Of a stretch of 44,657 bases of DNA, positions 16,835 through 26,811 are shown piece by piece. Within the stretch, counting starts at the first letter, position 1; every line of letters begins with the position of its first letter. The translations under genes and the position numbers were made by a program. The notes beneath the pieces were generated by a model. The model did no database searches and was not told the origin of the DNA. It saw only the letters and a program-made list of their open reading frames with translations. This DNA comes from a virus: IMG/VR virus record IMGVR_UViG_3300045988_179769; one strand, written 5' to 3'.

Positions 16835-17344
16835 ATGTTCGGATTAATGAAGAAGAAAAAAGATTATGATTTAGCAGATCAAATTCCAGTTGATAATCTG
16901 AAAAAATATGTGGTCCAAGGATACGAGAAAGAGAAGTCTTTGGAATTACAAATTGAAAAGAAAGATTCTGAAATTGAAAAACTTCAAAATGATCTGCAGC
17001 AATTTGAGGCCTTGAAAGTCGTACTTGAGAACAAAGAAAAAACAATTGCGGATTTGAATGGGAGACTTTACAGCATCGATCATTATAAGTCACGGATAGA
17101 AGATCTAGAGACAAAAAATAATACGCTGAAGATCGAAAAAATGCAGTTAGCGAATGAAGTCAACGATCTGAAAAGACAAGAAAAGCAAATCACTGAAAAA
17201 ATATCGGATAAAGTTTCTAAAGAAACTTCGGCTGCAATTAAATTGAATCTGAAAAAGAAGGTCTTGGGGATCAAAGGTAATCTTAGCAAAGGGCAAGTCA
17301 TTAATTTGATTGATCAAATCCAACAGATTGAACAGGAGGGATAA
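16835..17344 (+). CDS. Coiled-coil hypothetical protein
   Basis: RBS ggatggaggg. Heptad-rich K/E sequence. Confidence 0.45.
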   Translation: MFGLMKKKKDYDLADQIPVDNLKKYVVQGYEKEKSLELQIEKKDSEIEKLQNDLQQFEALKVVLENKEKTIADLNGRLYSIDHYKSRIEDLETKNNTLKIEKMQLANEVNDLKRQEKQITEKISDKVSKETSAAIKLNLKKKVLGIKGNLSKGQVINLIDQIQQIEQEG

Positions 17345-17345
17345 G

Positions 17346-17771
17346 ATGGTACCAAAATTTAGAGGTAAAAGAAAAGACAATGGAGAGTGGGTTGTAGGAG
17401 TTCCGATTCCAAATAGCTTTTGCAACGTGGTACACATGATTCCTATTCTTTTGACAGACAAAGTAGCCTATCCGCCAGAAAGACTACATGAATATTTAAT
17501 TGAAATAGTGCCTGAAACGCTTGGGCAGTCCACTGGCTTAAAAGACAAAAACGGTGTGGAGATTTTCGAGGGGGATATTTTAGTTTATGATGCACCAAAA
17601 AAATACGCCCACCGAAGAAGTATGCACGAAATTGCTTATGCAGATGGACGGTTTTTCTGGCAATTTTTAGATCTTATATTTTGCCAATCTAACATTTTGT
17701 ATCGCGATGGCTATCTAATTATCGGAAACATCTATGAGAACCCAGAACTGTTGGAGCAAGCCAATGAGTAA
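17346..17771 (+). CDS. YopX-family protein
   Basis: N-terminus MVPKFRGKRKDNGEWVVG resembles the YopX start (M..KFRaWdk...m..). RBS caggaggg. Confidence 0.45.
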   Translation: MVPKFRGKRKDNGEWVVGVPIPNSFCNVVHMIPILLTDKVAYPPERLHEYLIEIVPETLGQSTGLKDKNGVEIFEGDILVYDAPKKYAHRRSMHEIAYADGRFFWQFLDLIFCQSNILYRDGYLIIGNIYENPELLEQANE

Positions 17772-18252
17772 AACAGATTTAACCAGACAAGCAGAGAAAT
17801 GCTTATGGAACTATACAAATAAAATGGGTGTTTTCGGATGTTTTGAAGTCACTATCGGTTGGTACGGCAAAGAGCGAGTGGACTATATCACATATTCAAC
17901 AGATAACACGATTCGATGTTATGAGATCAAAGTCACGCTAGCTGATTTGAAATCAAAGGCAAGTCAAACGTTTATCGGTGATTATAACTATCTCGTGGTA
18001 ACTAATGAACTATGGGAAGCGATCCAAGCCGATCAAGATTTAGGTTGGAAATACTATTATGAGGGCATTTTGATTTTTGATGAACTCAGCCACAACATCG
18101 GCATAACAAGCGTTAAAAAAGCCAAAAAGCGAAATGTCACAATCGGAACTAGGGCGACTGTACTAGAAAGTATGGTACGTTCGCTGAATAGAGAAGTCGG
18201 AAAACTATATAAATTGGCGCCATTTTGGGAGTTGAAAGCTAATGAAAGTTAA
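17764..18252 (+). CDS. Putative PD-(D/E)XK nuclease-fold protein
   Basis: GCFEV...VDYITYSTDNTIRCYEIKVT resembles the D...E.K restriction-endonuclease-like core. Confidence 0.3.
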   Translation: MSKTDLTRQAEKCLWNYTNKMGVFGCFEVTIGWYGKERVDYITYSTDNTIRCYEIKVTLADLKSKASQTFIGDYNYLVVTNELWEAIQADQDLGWKYYYEGILIFDELSHNIGITSVKKAKKRNVTIGTRATVLESMVRSLNREVGKLYKLAPFWELKANES

Positions 18253-18442
18253 TCAATATTCAATACTAGCTATAGTCTCAATACTACTAACGATCGCTGG
18301 CTTGAGTTGGTTATTCTATACAATTGTGGACCAACAGAAGCAAATCGAGCAGTTAGAGAATCAATTACAAGAAGTGCAAAGGAAATATGAAATTATCAAA
18401 AATGATCCATTAGCTAGAGATGCAATGGAGGCAGGAGGATGA
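18242..18442 (+). CDS. Small membrane protein
   Basis: Hydrophobic ILAIVSILLTIAGLSWLFYTIV followed by a coiled coil. Confidence 0.35.
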   Translation: MKVNQYSILAIVSILLTIAGLSWLFYTIVDQQKQIEQLENQLQEVQRKYEIIKNDPLARDAMEAGG

Positions 18443-18583
18443 ATGATGGACATTGCAGTGTTGGTAGTCGTAGCACTTTTTGCAACAGTATTTACATGTG
18501 TGATTTTTGGTAAAGATTTAGATGAAAAGGGGAAACAAGCCATTGCCAAAGAAAAAATCGAAAATAAAAAAGAAAAAGTGTAA
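18443..18583 (+). CDS. Small membrane protein (46 aa)
   Basis: RBS gcaggagg. MMDIAVLVVVALFATVFTCVIF. Confidence 0.3.
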   Translation: MMDIAVLVVVALFATVFTCVIFGKDLDEKGKQAIAKEKIENKKEKV

Positions 18584-18762
18584 GTTACTAGAAAAAGCCA
18601 AGGCGAACGGAACCATAAATAAAAAAGTACTTGGTAAGACCTTGAAGAGTTTGATCATTGATGAAGAACATCAACATGGCTCACATTTTGATAAATAAAA
18701 AAAGCCGGATTACTCCGACTGTTAAAAATATTTCCGTCAGAGATATTATAACATAAGGGGGA

Positions 18763-19275
18763 ATGGCGGTCATGTCGCTATTTGATGTTAGTAAATATGA
18801 AGTGCCAAGCAACAAAGATATTGATATGCTCTTAACCAGAAAGAATTTTGAGATTTTTATTGGAGCCTACAAAAATTCTCGTGAAAAAGTTGGACAGCCA
18901 AGAGTGCCTAAAGTGACGCAGTCTTTCAGCCTTATTCCTCCTTCAACAGCTGGCAGCAATACAGGCGAAGCAGAAAGAATTTTAATTCAAAGAGAAGATG
19001 ATATGGAAGAATTTCGAGAACTGCACCAATTGTTTGCTAAGGGATTCGCTGTTATATCTCATCCATTTAAAGCCGAGGTAACCGAGAGAAGGCGTCAGAT
19101 ATTTATTTTGAGATATCTACAAGGATTTACTGTAAATGAAATACTTGATCTGGTACCAGTAAGCAAAGATATTGTTACTGATGAATCAAAGGAAGCAATG
19201 CTACAATTTAGCTACGAACTAAAACTTGTGGTTAGTAAATCGGAATCAACTCCGCTTATAACCCGTATCGAGTAG
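18763..19275 (+). CDS. ArpU-family late transcriptional regulator (sigma-70 region-4-like)
   Basis: RRQIFILRYLQGFTVNEILDLV HTH, typical of ArpU/phage late activators. Sits just upstream of the packaging module. Confidence 0.65.
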   Translation: MAVMSLFDVSKYEVPSNKDIDMLLTRKNFEIFIGAYKNSREKVGQPRVPKVTQSFSLIPPSTAGSNTGEAERILIQREDDMEEFRELHQLFAKGFAVISHPFKAEVTERRRQIFILRYLQGFTVNEILDLVPVSKDIVTDESKEAMLQFSYELKLVVSKSESTPLITRIE

Positions 19276-19607
19276 GAATTAGCTCCGTAAAGTTCCGGCG
19301 CAAACTCCTCGTAAAATGAGTTATTATGATATTGTCAAAAAGATTAAGAGAGACGGTTATTGGGCTACTCACACTATTCCACATACCGAAAGGGGGCTAA
19401 TCCCTCATCGCTTCACTTCTTTGACAGGAATAGAAAGACAGCACATTTTTTTGAAAGAGGTGAAACTCCTTGTTTCGAAATTCGCTAGTGCTGTCTTTTT
19501 TCTCTTTGTTTCACATCAAATTCATAAGACACTAATCAATCCTTTTAACACATGATCTGCTTATCAGAGTTAACATGTTACCAACACAAACGAAGGGATT
19601 TGATCAA

Positions 19608-19787
19608 ATGAACGCATTACAATTAGCTACGAAAATCAAAAACAATCCTGAGTGGAGAAAAGCTTACGACCGTATTGCAAATGCTAAAAGTCACGACAAG
19701 AAAATGAAAGCTTATCAAAACTTCGAGAAAAAGTTTGGCATTAATTTGAACGATTCCATTGGCATTTATGTGAAAGGATTTCTATAA
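19608..19787 (+). CDS. Hypothetical protein
   Basis: RBS aaggga before ATG 19608. Confidence 0.35.
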   Translation: MNALQLATKIKNNPEWRKAYDRIANAKSHDKKMKAYQNFEKKFGINLNDSIGIYVKGFL

Positions 19788-19815
19788 AAGTCTCTTAAAT
19801 CAGAGGCTTTTTTAT
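19788..19815. terminator. Rho-independent terminator
   Basis: aagtctctt-aaatc-agaggctt stem (with a G-U pair) followed by ttttatttt. Confidence 0.5.
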
Positions 19816-19829
19816 TTTGGGAGGAAACT

Positions 19830-21101
19830 ATGAAGATATCAAAAATGAAACTCGCTGATCTTAAAGCGGCTGATTACAATCCTAGAATTGATTTAAAACC
19901 AGGGATGGAAGAGTATGAAAAACTTAAAAGTTCTATTCTTGAGTTCGGCTTTGTTGATCCACCAATCTTCAACATACGGACAGGCAACCTTGTGGGCGGC
20001 CATCAGCGCATCGCTGTGGCTCGTGATTTGGGCTTGTTTGACGAGATAGAGGTATCAACCGTAGATTTACACCTTGAGAAGGAAAAAGCTCTCAATTTGG
20101 CTCTCAATAAGATTTCCGGCAGATGGGATGAAGAGAAATTAGCTATTCTTTTAAAAGAGCTAAGTGAAGAAGATGTTTCTTTAAGTGGTTTTGACCTTGA
20201 AGAAGTTGAAGATTTAATTGCGGCTTTTGATTATCAAGAAGATATTAATCAACCAATTGTTGAAGACGACTTTGATGTGAATCAATTTATTGAAGACCAT
20301 CCAGAACCTAAAACAAAACGTGGCCAATTATGGCAACTAGGTAATCATTTTTTGCTTTGTGGAGATTCGACGGATCAAACTGATGTTGATCGCTTAATGC
20401 AAGGAAATAAAGCAGACTTAGTTGTAACGGATCCGCCTTACAACGTTGCAGTTAAATCTACAAGTGAGGAACTAACGAACACCGGACGTGGGGAAATTCT
20501 AAACGATAACATGGATCACGATGCATTCGTGGGCTTTTTAGAGCAAGTCTTTCTTAATTACGCGCAACTCATGCATGATCAAGCGGCAATTTATGTTTTT
20601 CATGGATCGTCATACCAACGTGAGTTTGAAAATGCGATGAATGCTGCAGAAATTGACGTTAGAGCACAATGTATTTGGGTCAAGAACAATGCGACCTTTG
20701 GGTGGAGTCAATACCGTTGGCAACACGAACCAGTATTTTATGCATACCGTAGAGGCCAATCTCCGGATTGGTATGGCGATAGAAAACAAACTACTGTCTG
20801 GAAAGATGATTTGATCCAAGATATCCCGGATGTGAGTATCTGGCAAATCGCTAAAGATGATGCAATGAAATACTATCATCCAACACAGAAGCCGCTATCT
20901 CTCATCGCAATTCCGGTGAGAAATAGCTCGAAACGTCAAGATATAGTTGTGGATCTCTTTGGAGGATCCGGAAGTACGTTAATGACTTGCGAACAGCTGC
21001 AGCGAAAGTGTTTCACAATGGAGCTTGATCCGATCTTTTGCGATGTGATCATTGAGAGATGGGAAAAAGCGACTGGAAAAACCGCAGTTTTAATAAATTA
21101 G
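19830..21101 (+). CDS. ParB-like nuclease domain fused to a beta-class N6A/N4C DNA methyltransferase (orphan MTase)
   Basis: N-terminal ParB motif GGHQRIAVARDLG. Motif IV VVTDPPYNVA. C-terminal motif I VVDLFGGSGST. No cognate restriction gene in the genome. Confidence 0.8.
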   Translation: MKISKMKLADLKAADYNPRIDLKPGMEEYEKLKSSILEFGFVDPPIFNIRTGNLVGGHQRIAVARDLGLFDEIEVSTVDLHLEKEKALNLALNKISGRWDEEKLAILLKELSEEDVSLSGFDLEEVEDLIAAFDYQEDINQPIVEDDFDVNQFIEDHPEPKTKRGQLWQLGNHFLLCGDSTDQTDVDRLMQGNKADLVVTDPPYNVAVKSTSEELTNTGRGEILNDNMDHDAFVGFLEQVFLNYAQLMHDQAAIYVFHGSSYQREFENAMNAAEIDVRAQCIWVKNNATFGWSQYRWQHEPVFYAYRRGQSPDWYGDRKQTTVWKDDLIQDIPDVSIWQIAKDDAMKYYHPTQKPLSLIAIPVRNSSKRQDIVVDLFGGSGSTLMTCEQLQRKCFTMELDPIFCDVIIERWEKATGKTAVLIN

Positions 21102-21293
21102 GTTATAGAGCTCACTTTTGGGAACTTGCAACGAAGTCATTTGAAAGGAGCTTATTAATAAAAAGAGGCCGGTGCGCTAACACCGACCCTTTCCACGAGG
21201 ATCGCTCCCCGAAGACACAGAGAATGCCCACGCGTGGTCTTTCGATACCCTCTGTATCTTTTAGCATTATATCTAATGCGGGGTGCTTGCACA

Positions 21294-21500
21294 ATGGGAA
21301 CAGAAGATTTTGATTTTGAGTATGAACTAAAAAAGGCAGAAGAGAGAGCTGAAACGGTTGATGAGTATAAACGAATTATTCGAGTTGCACTTGGAAAATG
21401 GCTGTCCAATCTCCAATCTGGCGAAATCAAACTCAATTCTGTAAGTGATTTGAAAGTTTTAATTGAAGCAGATTTGATGCTTAAAGATATAGAAAATTAG
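21294..21500 (+). CDS. Hypothetical protein
   Basis: ORF following the GC-rich island; start uncertain (21276 or 21294). Confidence 0.3.
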   Translation: MGTEDFDFEYELKKAEERAETVDEYKRIIRVALGKWLSNLQSGEIKLNSVSDLKVLIEADLMLKDIEN

Positions 21501-21547
21501 AGAAACAAAACTCAACTAATTAGTGATCGCGAGGTGGTGTGTATTGA

Positions 21548-22366
21548 ATGGCTAGGCAACGAGACCCAAGAAGGGATCAAGCAAAAGAAATTTGGTTGAA
21601 ATCTAATGGCGAAAAGCTTTTGAAAGAAATTGCAGAAGAGCTAGGTGTTTCTGATTCTCAAATTCGGAAGTGGAAATCTCAGGATAAGTGGGCAGCAGAA
21701 TTGAAAGGTAATGTTACCAATGCGAAAAGTAACGTTACCAATCGAGGTGGCGCACCGCCAGGAAATCAAAATGCCAAAGGAAACAAAGGGAACAAACAGG
21801 CATCTCCGCCATCAGGCAATAAAAATGCTCTGAAAACAGGTGAATATGAAACCATATTTGCGGACTATCTAACTGAAGAAGAGAAGGATCTTTATTCGAA
21901 TTTGAATGATGATCCTTTTTTTGTTATGTCAGAAGAAATACGGCTGCTAAAAGTTCGGCAAGTTCGAATGATGAAGCGCATCGCTACTGCAGAATCCGGG
22001 TTGACTGAAAAAGAGACAGAACAGCTTTTTGAGCTACGAGGACGCAAGACACTGATTGAATCAAAAAAATTCGGTCGGAAAGTTCAGGTCGACGTTCCAG
22101 AGCTTGTGCTAACAGAAGAGAAAACTAAAAGCTTTCGAAAACTCGATGACATTTTAGCAATCGAGGATGCACTCACTCGTGTCAGCGCTCAGCTACAGCG
22201 AGCAGTAAAGCAGCTTGCTGATTTGACGATGAATGACAAACGTGGTCAATTGATCGATGCTCAGATTGATCACACGAAAGCACAGACGACTAAAGCCCTA
22301 ATCAATAAGGACGGCGATGAAAATGATGGCGGAACTGTTATCAACATCATCGACGATATTGGGTGA
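21548..22366 (+). CDS. terS: Terminase small subunit
   Basis: N-terminal HTH IAEELGVSDSQIRKWK. GAPPGNQNAKGNKGNK...GNKNALKTGEY motifs characteristic of Gram-positive phage TerS. RBS gcgaggtgg. Confidence 0.7.
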   Translation: MARQRDPRRDQAKEIWLKSNGEKLLKEIAEELGVSDSQIRKWKSQDKWAAELKGNVTNAKSNVTNRGGAPPGNQNAKGNKGNKQASPPSGNKNALKTGEYETIFADYLTEEEKDLYSNLNDDPFFVMSEEIRLLKVRQVRMMKRIATAESGLTEKETEQLFELRGRKTLIESKKFGRKVQVDVPELVLTEEKTKSFRKLDDILAIEDALTRVSAQLQRAVKQLADLTMNDKRGQLIDAQIDHTKAQTTKALINKDGDENDGGTVINIIDDIG

Positions 22367-23646
22367 TCGGCATGGCTAAAGTGGTAACACAAAAAAATGT
22401 AAAACTCACTGATGTCTTGGCTCCTTCATTTTATTTATTCCACAAAGCAGTAAAAGACGGATTGCATTCTTCGTATTGGTTAAAAGGCGGTCGCGGATCA
22501 ACAAAATCGTCAGCTATTTCAGTTGAAATTATCCTCGGGATTGAGAAAGATTCGAACGCCAACGCAGTTGTTTTACGGAAGGTAGCTGAAACACTTCGAG
22601 AATCAGTCTATGAACAAATGCTGTGGGCGATTGACATTCTTGGATTAACCGATGAATATCATGCATCAGTCAAGCCGCTACGAATAACTAAAATTAAGAC
22701 AGGTCAACGCATCATCTTCAAAGGTGCTGAAAAGCCGAAAAAGGTAAAGGCATCAAAATTCCGCCGAGGTTATGCAAAGTATATTTGGTATGAGGAAGTC
22801 GATGAGTTCAACTCAATGGCTGAAATTAGAACGATCAACCAATCTCTTGGGCGTGGTGGTGCAGGCATCACCATCTTCTATTCGTTCAATCCACCGGAAA
22901 GTAATACTAATTGGACGAACCTAGAGATTCAACAGCAACAAGTTCGTGATGAGGTTTTTGTCCATCACAGCGATTACAGGACAGTTCCGAAAGAATGGTT
23001 AGGGGAATTGTTCATCCAAGAGGCAGAACACCTTAAGAAGACGAATGAGGACAAATACAAGCATGAGTATTTAGGTGAGGTGACTGGTACAGGTGCAGAA
23101 GTATTTAAGAATGTCACTGTCCGTAAAATCACTGATGAAGAAATTGCAAGCTTTGATAAAGTAGCGCACGGTATCGACCACGGTTACGCTGGGGATCCGA
23201 TGCACTACACGAAAAATCATTTCGACAAGACGCGGCGTAAGCTTTATATATTCGGAGAGGTTCATAAAGTGGGGTTGTCTAATCTTAAGGCAGTTTCAGC
23301 AATTAGAAAACTAAATCCTGATAATGAAATTGTTATAGCAGATAGTGCTGAACCTAGAACAAATAATGAATTCAAAGATCTAGGATTGAAGATAAAAGGA
23401 GCCAAAAAAGGACCTGGTTCTATCGAACACGGAATCAAATGGCTGCAAGATCTGGAAGAAATTATTATCGATCCGTATCGTTGTCCAAATACTAAGCGAG
23501 AATTTTCAACTTATGAACTGGAACGAGATTCTAACGGAAATCTTAAGGGGTCTTATCCAGATAAAAATAACCACTCGATTGATGCTGTTCGCTACTCTAG
23601 AGAAGAAGAGATGAAGAAACCAGCCAAAATAAAAATTATGAAATAG
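22363..23646 (+). CDS. terL: Terminase large subunit, PBSX/XtmB family (headful packaging)
   Basis: Walker A LKGGRGSTKSSAIS. Nuclease domain with conserved acidic residues. Immediately follows terS. Confidence 0.85.
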   Translation: MIGMAKVVTQKNVKLTDVLAPSFYLFHKAVKDGLHSSYWLKGGRGSTKSSAISVEIILGIEKDSNANAVVLRKVAETLRESVYEQMLWAIDILGLTDEYHASVKPLRITKIKTGQRIIFKGAEKPKKVKASKFRRGYAKYIWYEEVDEFNSMAEIRTINQSLGRGGAGITIFYSFNPPESNTNWTNLEIQQQQVRDEVFVHHSDYRTVPKEWLGELFIQEAEHLKKTNEDKYKHEYLGEVTGTGAEVFKNVTVRKITDEEIASFDKVAHGIDHGYAGDPMHYTKNHFDKTRRKLYIFGEVHKVGLSNLKAVSAIRKLNPDNEIVIADSAEPRTNNEFKDLGLKIKGAKKGPGSIEHGIKWLQDLEEIIIDPYRCPNTKREFSTYELERDSNGNLKGSYPDKNNHSIDAVRYSREEEMKKPAKIKIMK

Positions 23647-23659
23647 GAGGTGTTGCGAT

Positions 23660-25051
23660 TTGGATATTGAAACAGTCAAAAAAATCATAAGCGAGAATCT
23701 GAAAGGTTTTCCTAGCAGAGTACAAAAAATTAGAAAATCAGAACTCTATTATGAAAATAAAAACGACATCTTACGTAGGCGAAATCCTTTAGCTGAAAGA
23801 ATTAAAGATAAGGATCCTGACAATCCTCTGAGGAACGCAGATAATCGTATTAGTCATTCCTTCCATCAGTTGCTAGTCAACCAAAAGGCAGCATATGCAA
23901 TGACGGTGCCGCCTTTGTTTGACGTTGATGATAAGACATTGAATCAAGAGATTGTAAAACTCTTAGGTGATGTATATCCTAAAGTGGCAAAGGACCTATG
24001 CATCAATGCTAGTAACGCAGGGATTGCATGGTTACATGTGTGGAGAGATGAAGAACATCAGAATTTCTTTCGATATGCGGTCATTGATTCGAAGCAGATC
24101 ATACCGATTTACTCCAAGCGATTATCTAATCAATTAGAAGGAATTTTGAGAGTGTATGAGGATTATGATGATGCGGGAGATGTTTTATTGGTTTATGAGT
24201 ATTGGAATAACGAAGAGTGTAGTGCTTATTCTAGAAAAAAAAGCAAGACACTCGATAGTCTAGAGGAATACGAGGTATTTAATCTCATAGATATTGCAAC
24301 GAATCAACCAGCGGGCGCAACAAATACTTATAAACACGGATGGTCAAGATTACCATTCATTCCTTTGAGAAATAATCCTCTACAACAACCAGATTTGGAA
24401 ATGTACAAAGCTTTGATTGACGTCTACGACAAGGTCTTTTCTGGTTTTGTTAATGATGTTGACGATATTCAAGAAATCATTTATGTGTTGACCAATTATG
24501 GTGGGGAAGATAAAAAGGAATTCTTGAATGACTTGAAAAAATACAAAATGGTTCAGGTCGAAGATGATGGCCAAGGAGCTAAAGGAGGGGTTGAGACACT
24601 CGCTATTGATATTCCAATTGAAGCACGATCAAAGATTTTGGAAATGACACGAGATAGCATATTTGTCCACGGACAAGGTGTGGATCCTCAGAAAAATATT
24701 GGCCAGAACAACAGCGGTGCTGCTTTAAAATATATGTACTCATTACTAGAGCTTAAAGCGTCGATGTTAGAAACAGAATTCCGTTTAGGATTCGCTGAAT
24801 TGGTCCGATTTATTCTAGAATATTCTGGCAAAGATGCGAACGTTACAATTAAACAGACATGGACTCGTTCTGCAATCAACAATGACCTTGAACAAGCGGA
24901 CATTGTCAGCAAACTTGCTCCAGTGACGAGCGAAGAGAATCTTGCCAAGGCTAACCCGATTGTTGAGAATTGGGAGACAGAGGTCGCAAATCTAAAAGAG
25001 GAGCGTCAAAAAGAATATCGAGGAGAGGATGATTATCGACCGGAGGAATGA
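23660..25051 (+). CDS. Portal protein
   Basis: 463 aa, position after TerL. RBS aggagg + TTG start. Confidence 0.7.
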   Translation: MDIETVKKIISENLKGFPSRVQKIRKSELYYENKNDILRRRNPLAERIKDKDPDNPLRNADNRISHSFHQLLVNQKAAYAMTVPPLFDVDDKTLNQEIVKLLGDVYPKVAKDLCINASNAGIAWLHVWRDEEHQNFFRYAVIDSKQIIPIYSKRLSNQLEGILRVYEDYDDAGDVLLVYEYWNNEECSAYSRKKSKTLDSLEEYEVFNLIDIATNQPAGATNTYKHGWSRLPFIPLRNNPLQQPDLEMYKALIDVYDKVFSGFVNDVDDIQEIIYVLTNYGGEDKKEFLNDLKKYKMVQVEDDGQGAKGGVETLAIDIPIEARSKILEMTRDSIFVHGQGVDPQKNIGQNNSGAALKYMYSLLELKASMLETEFRLGFAELVRFILEYSGKDANVTIKQTWTRSAINNDLEQADIVSKLAPVTSEENLAKANPIVENWETEVANLKEERQKEYRGEDDYRPEE

Positions 25052-25056
25052 TCTAA

Positions 25057-26070
25057 ATGAGATATTGGCAAAAGCGTTACCTGCAGATTTCGATTGATCG
25101 TGATCGAAAGGACCAAGATTATATCCGACAGATGCAAAAAGAATACAGGCGTTTATCAAAGTCAATGTACAAAGAGATAAAAGGATGGATCGACCGATAT
25201 GCCGATAACGATCAAATTTCATCTAAAGAAGCACATCAGATTTTGTCCAAGAAAGAACAAAAGACCTGGTCAATGACATTGGAGCAATTCCGGCAAAAAG
25301 CAATATCGGGCGGTTACGAGCAAGAGTTAAATCGTGAGTATTTCAAGTCAAGGATCAGCCGTCTTGAACAACTACAGCGACAGCTTTACTTCGAACTTGC
25401 CGAGATGGCAAACAATCAAGAAGCAGCGCTGCAATCATATTTAAAAGAATCACTTAATGAGAGCTACCTGCGTCAGATCTATGAGCTGACCGATCAGGGT
25501 GCTTTTTCTTTGGACTTTAGTCGGTATAGTAGCTATGCATTGCAAGTGGCCATATCCAAACCGTGGAAAGGAAATAACTTTTCAGGAAGAATTTGGAAAA
25601 ACCATCTAAAAACCATTCCGGATCGCTTGTCAAAAACGATGTCCTTATCAATCCTACATGGCTGGGGCGTGGATCGTACGGTCAAAGAAATGATGTTTGG
25701 AATCGATTCTGTGTTGCGTAATAGAATGACAACTCTAGTCCAAACTGAATCGGCACACTTAGCTGAAGTGGCCAATGATAAAGCAATGGCTGAAACTGGA
25801 GTAAAGGAGTGGGAATGGCTTGCTACTCTTGAAGCTCATACCTGTGATCGATGTGGTGAATTTGATGGTAAGACTTCAAAAGAGTTGAAGGAGAAGCTTG
25901 GATACATTCCCAGTTGTCCGGATCACCCGAATTGTCGTTGTACTCGTGTTCCTGTCATAAATGGGTGGAAATCTAAGTCAAGATGGCAGAGAGATCCAAT
26001 CACTGGTAAAGGTTCAGTTGAGGATTATCAAACGTTCAATCAATGGAAAAGGAATGCCCTCTATGGATGA
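25057..26070 (+). CDS. Head morphogenesis protein (Mu gpF / SPP1 gp7-like)
   Basis: LVQTESAHLAEVANDKAMAETGVKEWEW...CDRCGEF...CPDHPNCRC: Mu-F-like domain with C-terminal zinc motif. Confidence 0.7.
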   Translation: MRYWQKRYLQISIDRDRKDQDYIRQMQKEYRRLSKSMYKEIKGWIDRYADNDQISSKEAHQILSKKEQKTWSMTLEQFRQKAISGGYEQELNREYFKSRISRLEQLQRQLYFELAEMANNQEAALQSYLKESLNESYLRQIYELTDQGAFSLDFSRYSSYALQVAISKPWKGNNFSGRIWKNHLKTIPDRLSKTMSLSILHGWGVDRTVKEMMFGIDSVLRNRMTTLVQTESAHLAEVANDKAMAETGVKEWEWLATLEAHTCDRCGEFDGKTSKELKEKLGYIPSCPDHPNCRCTRVPVINGWKSKSRWQRDPITGKGSVEDYQTFNQWKRNALYG

Positions 26071-26217
26071 TGATGAACTAGAAGAAGTATGGGAACTAGA
26101 GGATTTAGGTATTTTATAGTCTAGCTTGCTAGGCTTTTTGTTTTGTCAAAAATCGACCGGAACGTCGTTAAACTACCAAATCCAACCGGTGTCGTTGCAC
26201 CGTAAAATCTCGAAAGG

Positions 26218-26811
26218 ATGAACAATATGAAAAGAGAAGAGCTAAAAAAAATAGGACTGTCTGATGAGCAAATGGATGCGGTGATGGCAGCACATGGCCA
26301 AACTGTTCAATCACTTAACACTCAGATTGCTACATTACAACAGTCAGAAACAGATTTAAAAGGACAATTGTCTAGTCGTGATAAGGATCTTGCTAAGTTA
26401 CAAAAAGACAATAAAGACAACGAAGAACTGCTAGGGCAGATTGATTCTTTGAAGAAGCAATATAAAGACCTAGAGAAAACCAGTAACGATAATTTAGTAA
26501 AAATTCAACGAGAGTCAGCGTTAAACTCTTTACTAGTTGAATCGAAAGTAAAAAATCCTAAAGCTGTCGCTGCATTGTTAGATGATGAAAAAATTGTCTT
26601 TAAAGAAGGAGAATTATCTGGAGCAAAAGAACAGATTGAAGCTCTACAAAAGTCTGATGCGTATCTGTTTGATATGGGCACCAAGCCGGGAGGATACAAT
26701 CCACCTGCAGGACAGGCTGCAACAAATTACGCTTCTTTTGACGAAGCTATGGAAAAAGGTGACGTGGATGGTTTTTTGCGTCAACAAATTGAAAGTGAGG
26801 AAAATGAATAA
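26218..26811 (+). CDS. Scaffolding protein
   Basis: Coiled-coil, acidic, 197 aa, directly upstream of the capsid gene. Confidence 0.6.
   Translation: MNNMKREELKKIGLSDEQMDAVMAAHGQTVQSLNTQIATLQQSETDLKGQLSSRDKDLAKLQKDNKDNEELLGQIDSLKKQYKDLEKTSNDNLVKIQRESALNSLLVESKVKNPKAVAALLDDEKIVFKEGELSGAKEQIEALQKSDAYLFDMGTKPGGYNPPAGQAATNYASFDEAMEKGDVDGFLRQQIESEENE

Noticed and set aside
19316-19555. 79-aa ORF after the ArpU gene
   Set aside because: No convincing RBS. The region looks non-coding with a long-range hairpin (aaagacagcac ... gtgctgtcttt + T-run), possibly a terminator or structured element. Kept unannotated.
21059-21436. Overlapping ORFs on both strands across the GC-rich island
   Set aside because: Mutually overlapping, no RBS. 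The high GC of this segment suppresses stop codons. Treated as non-coding.
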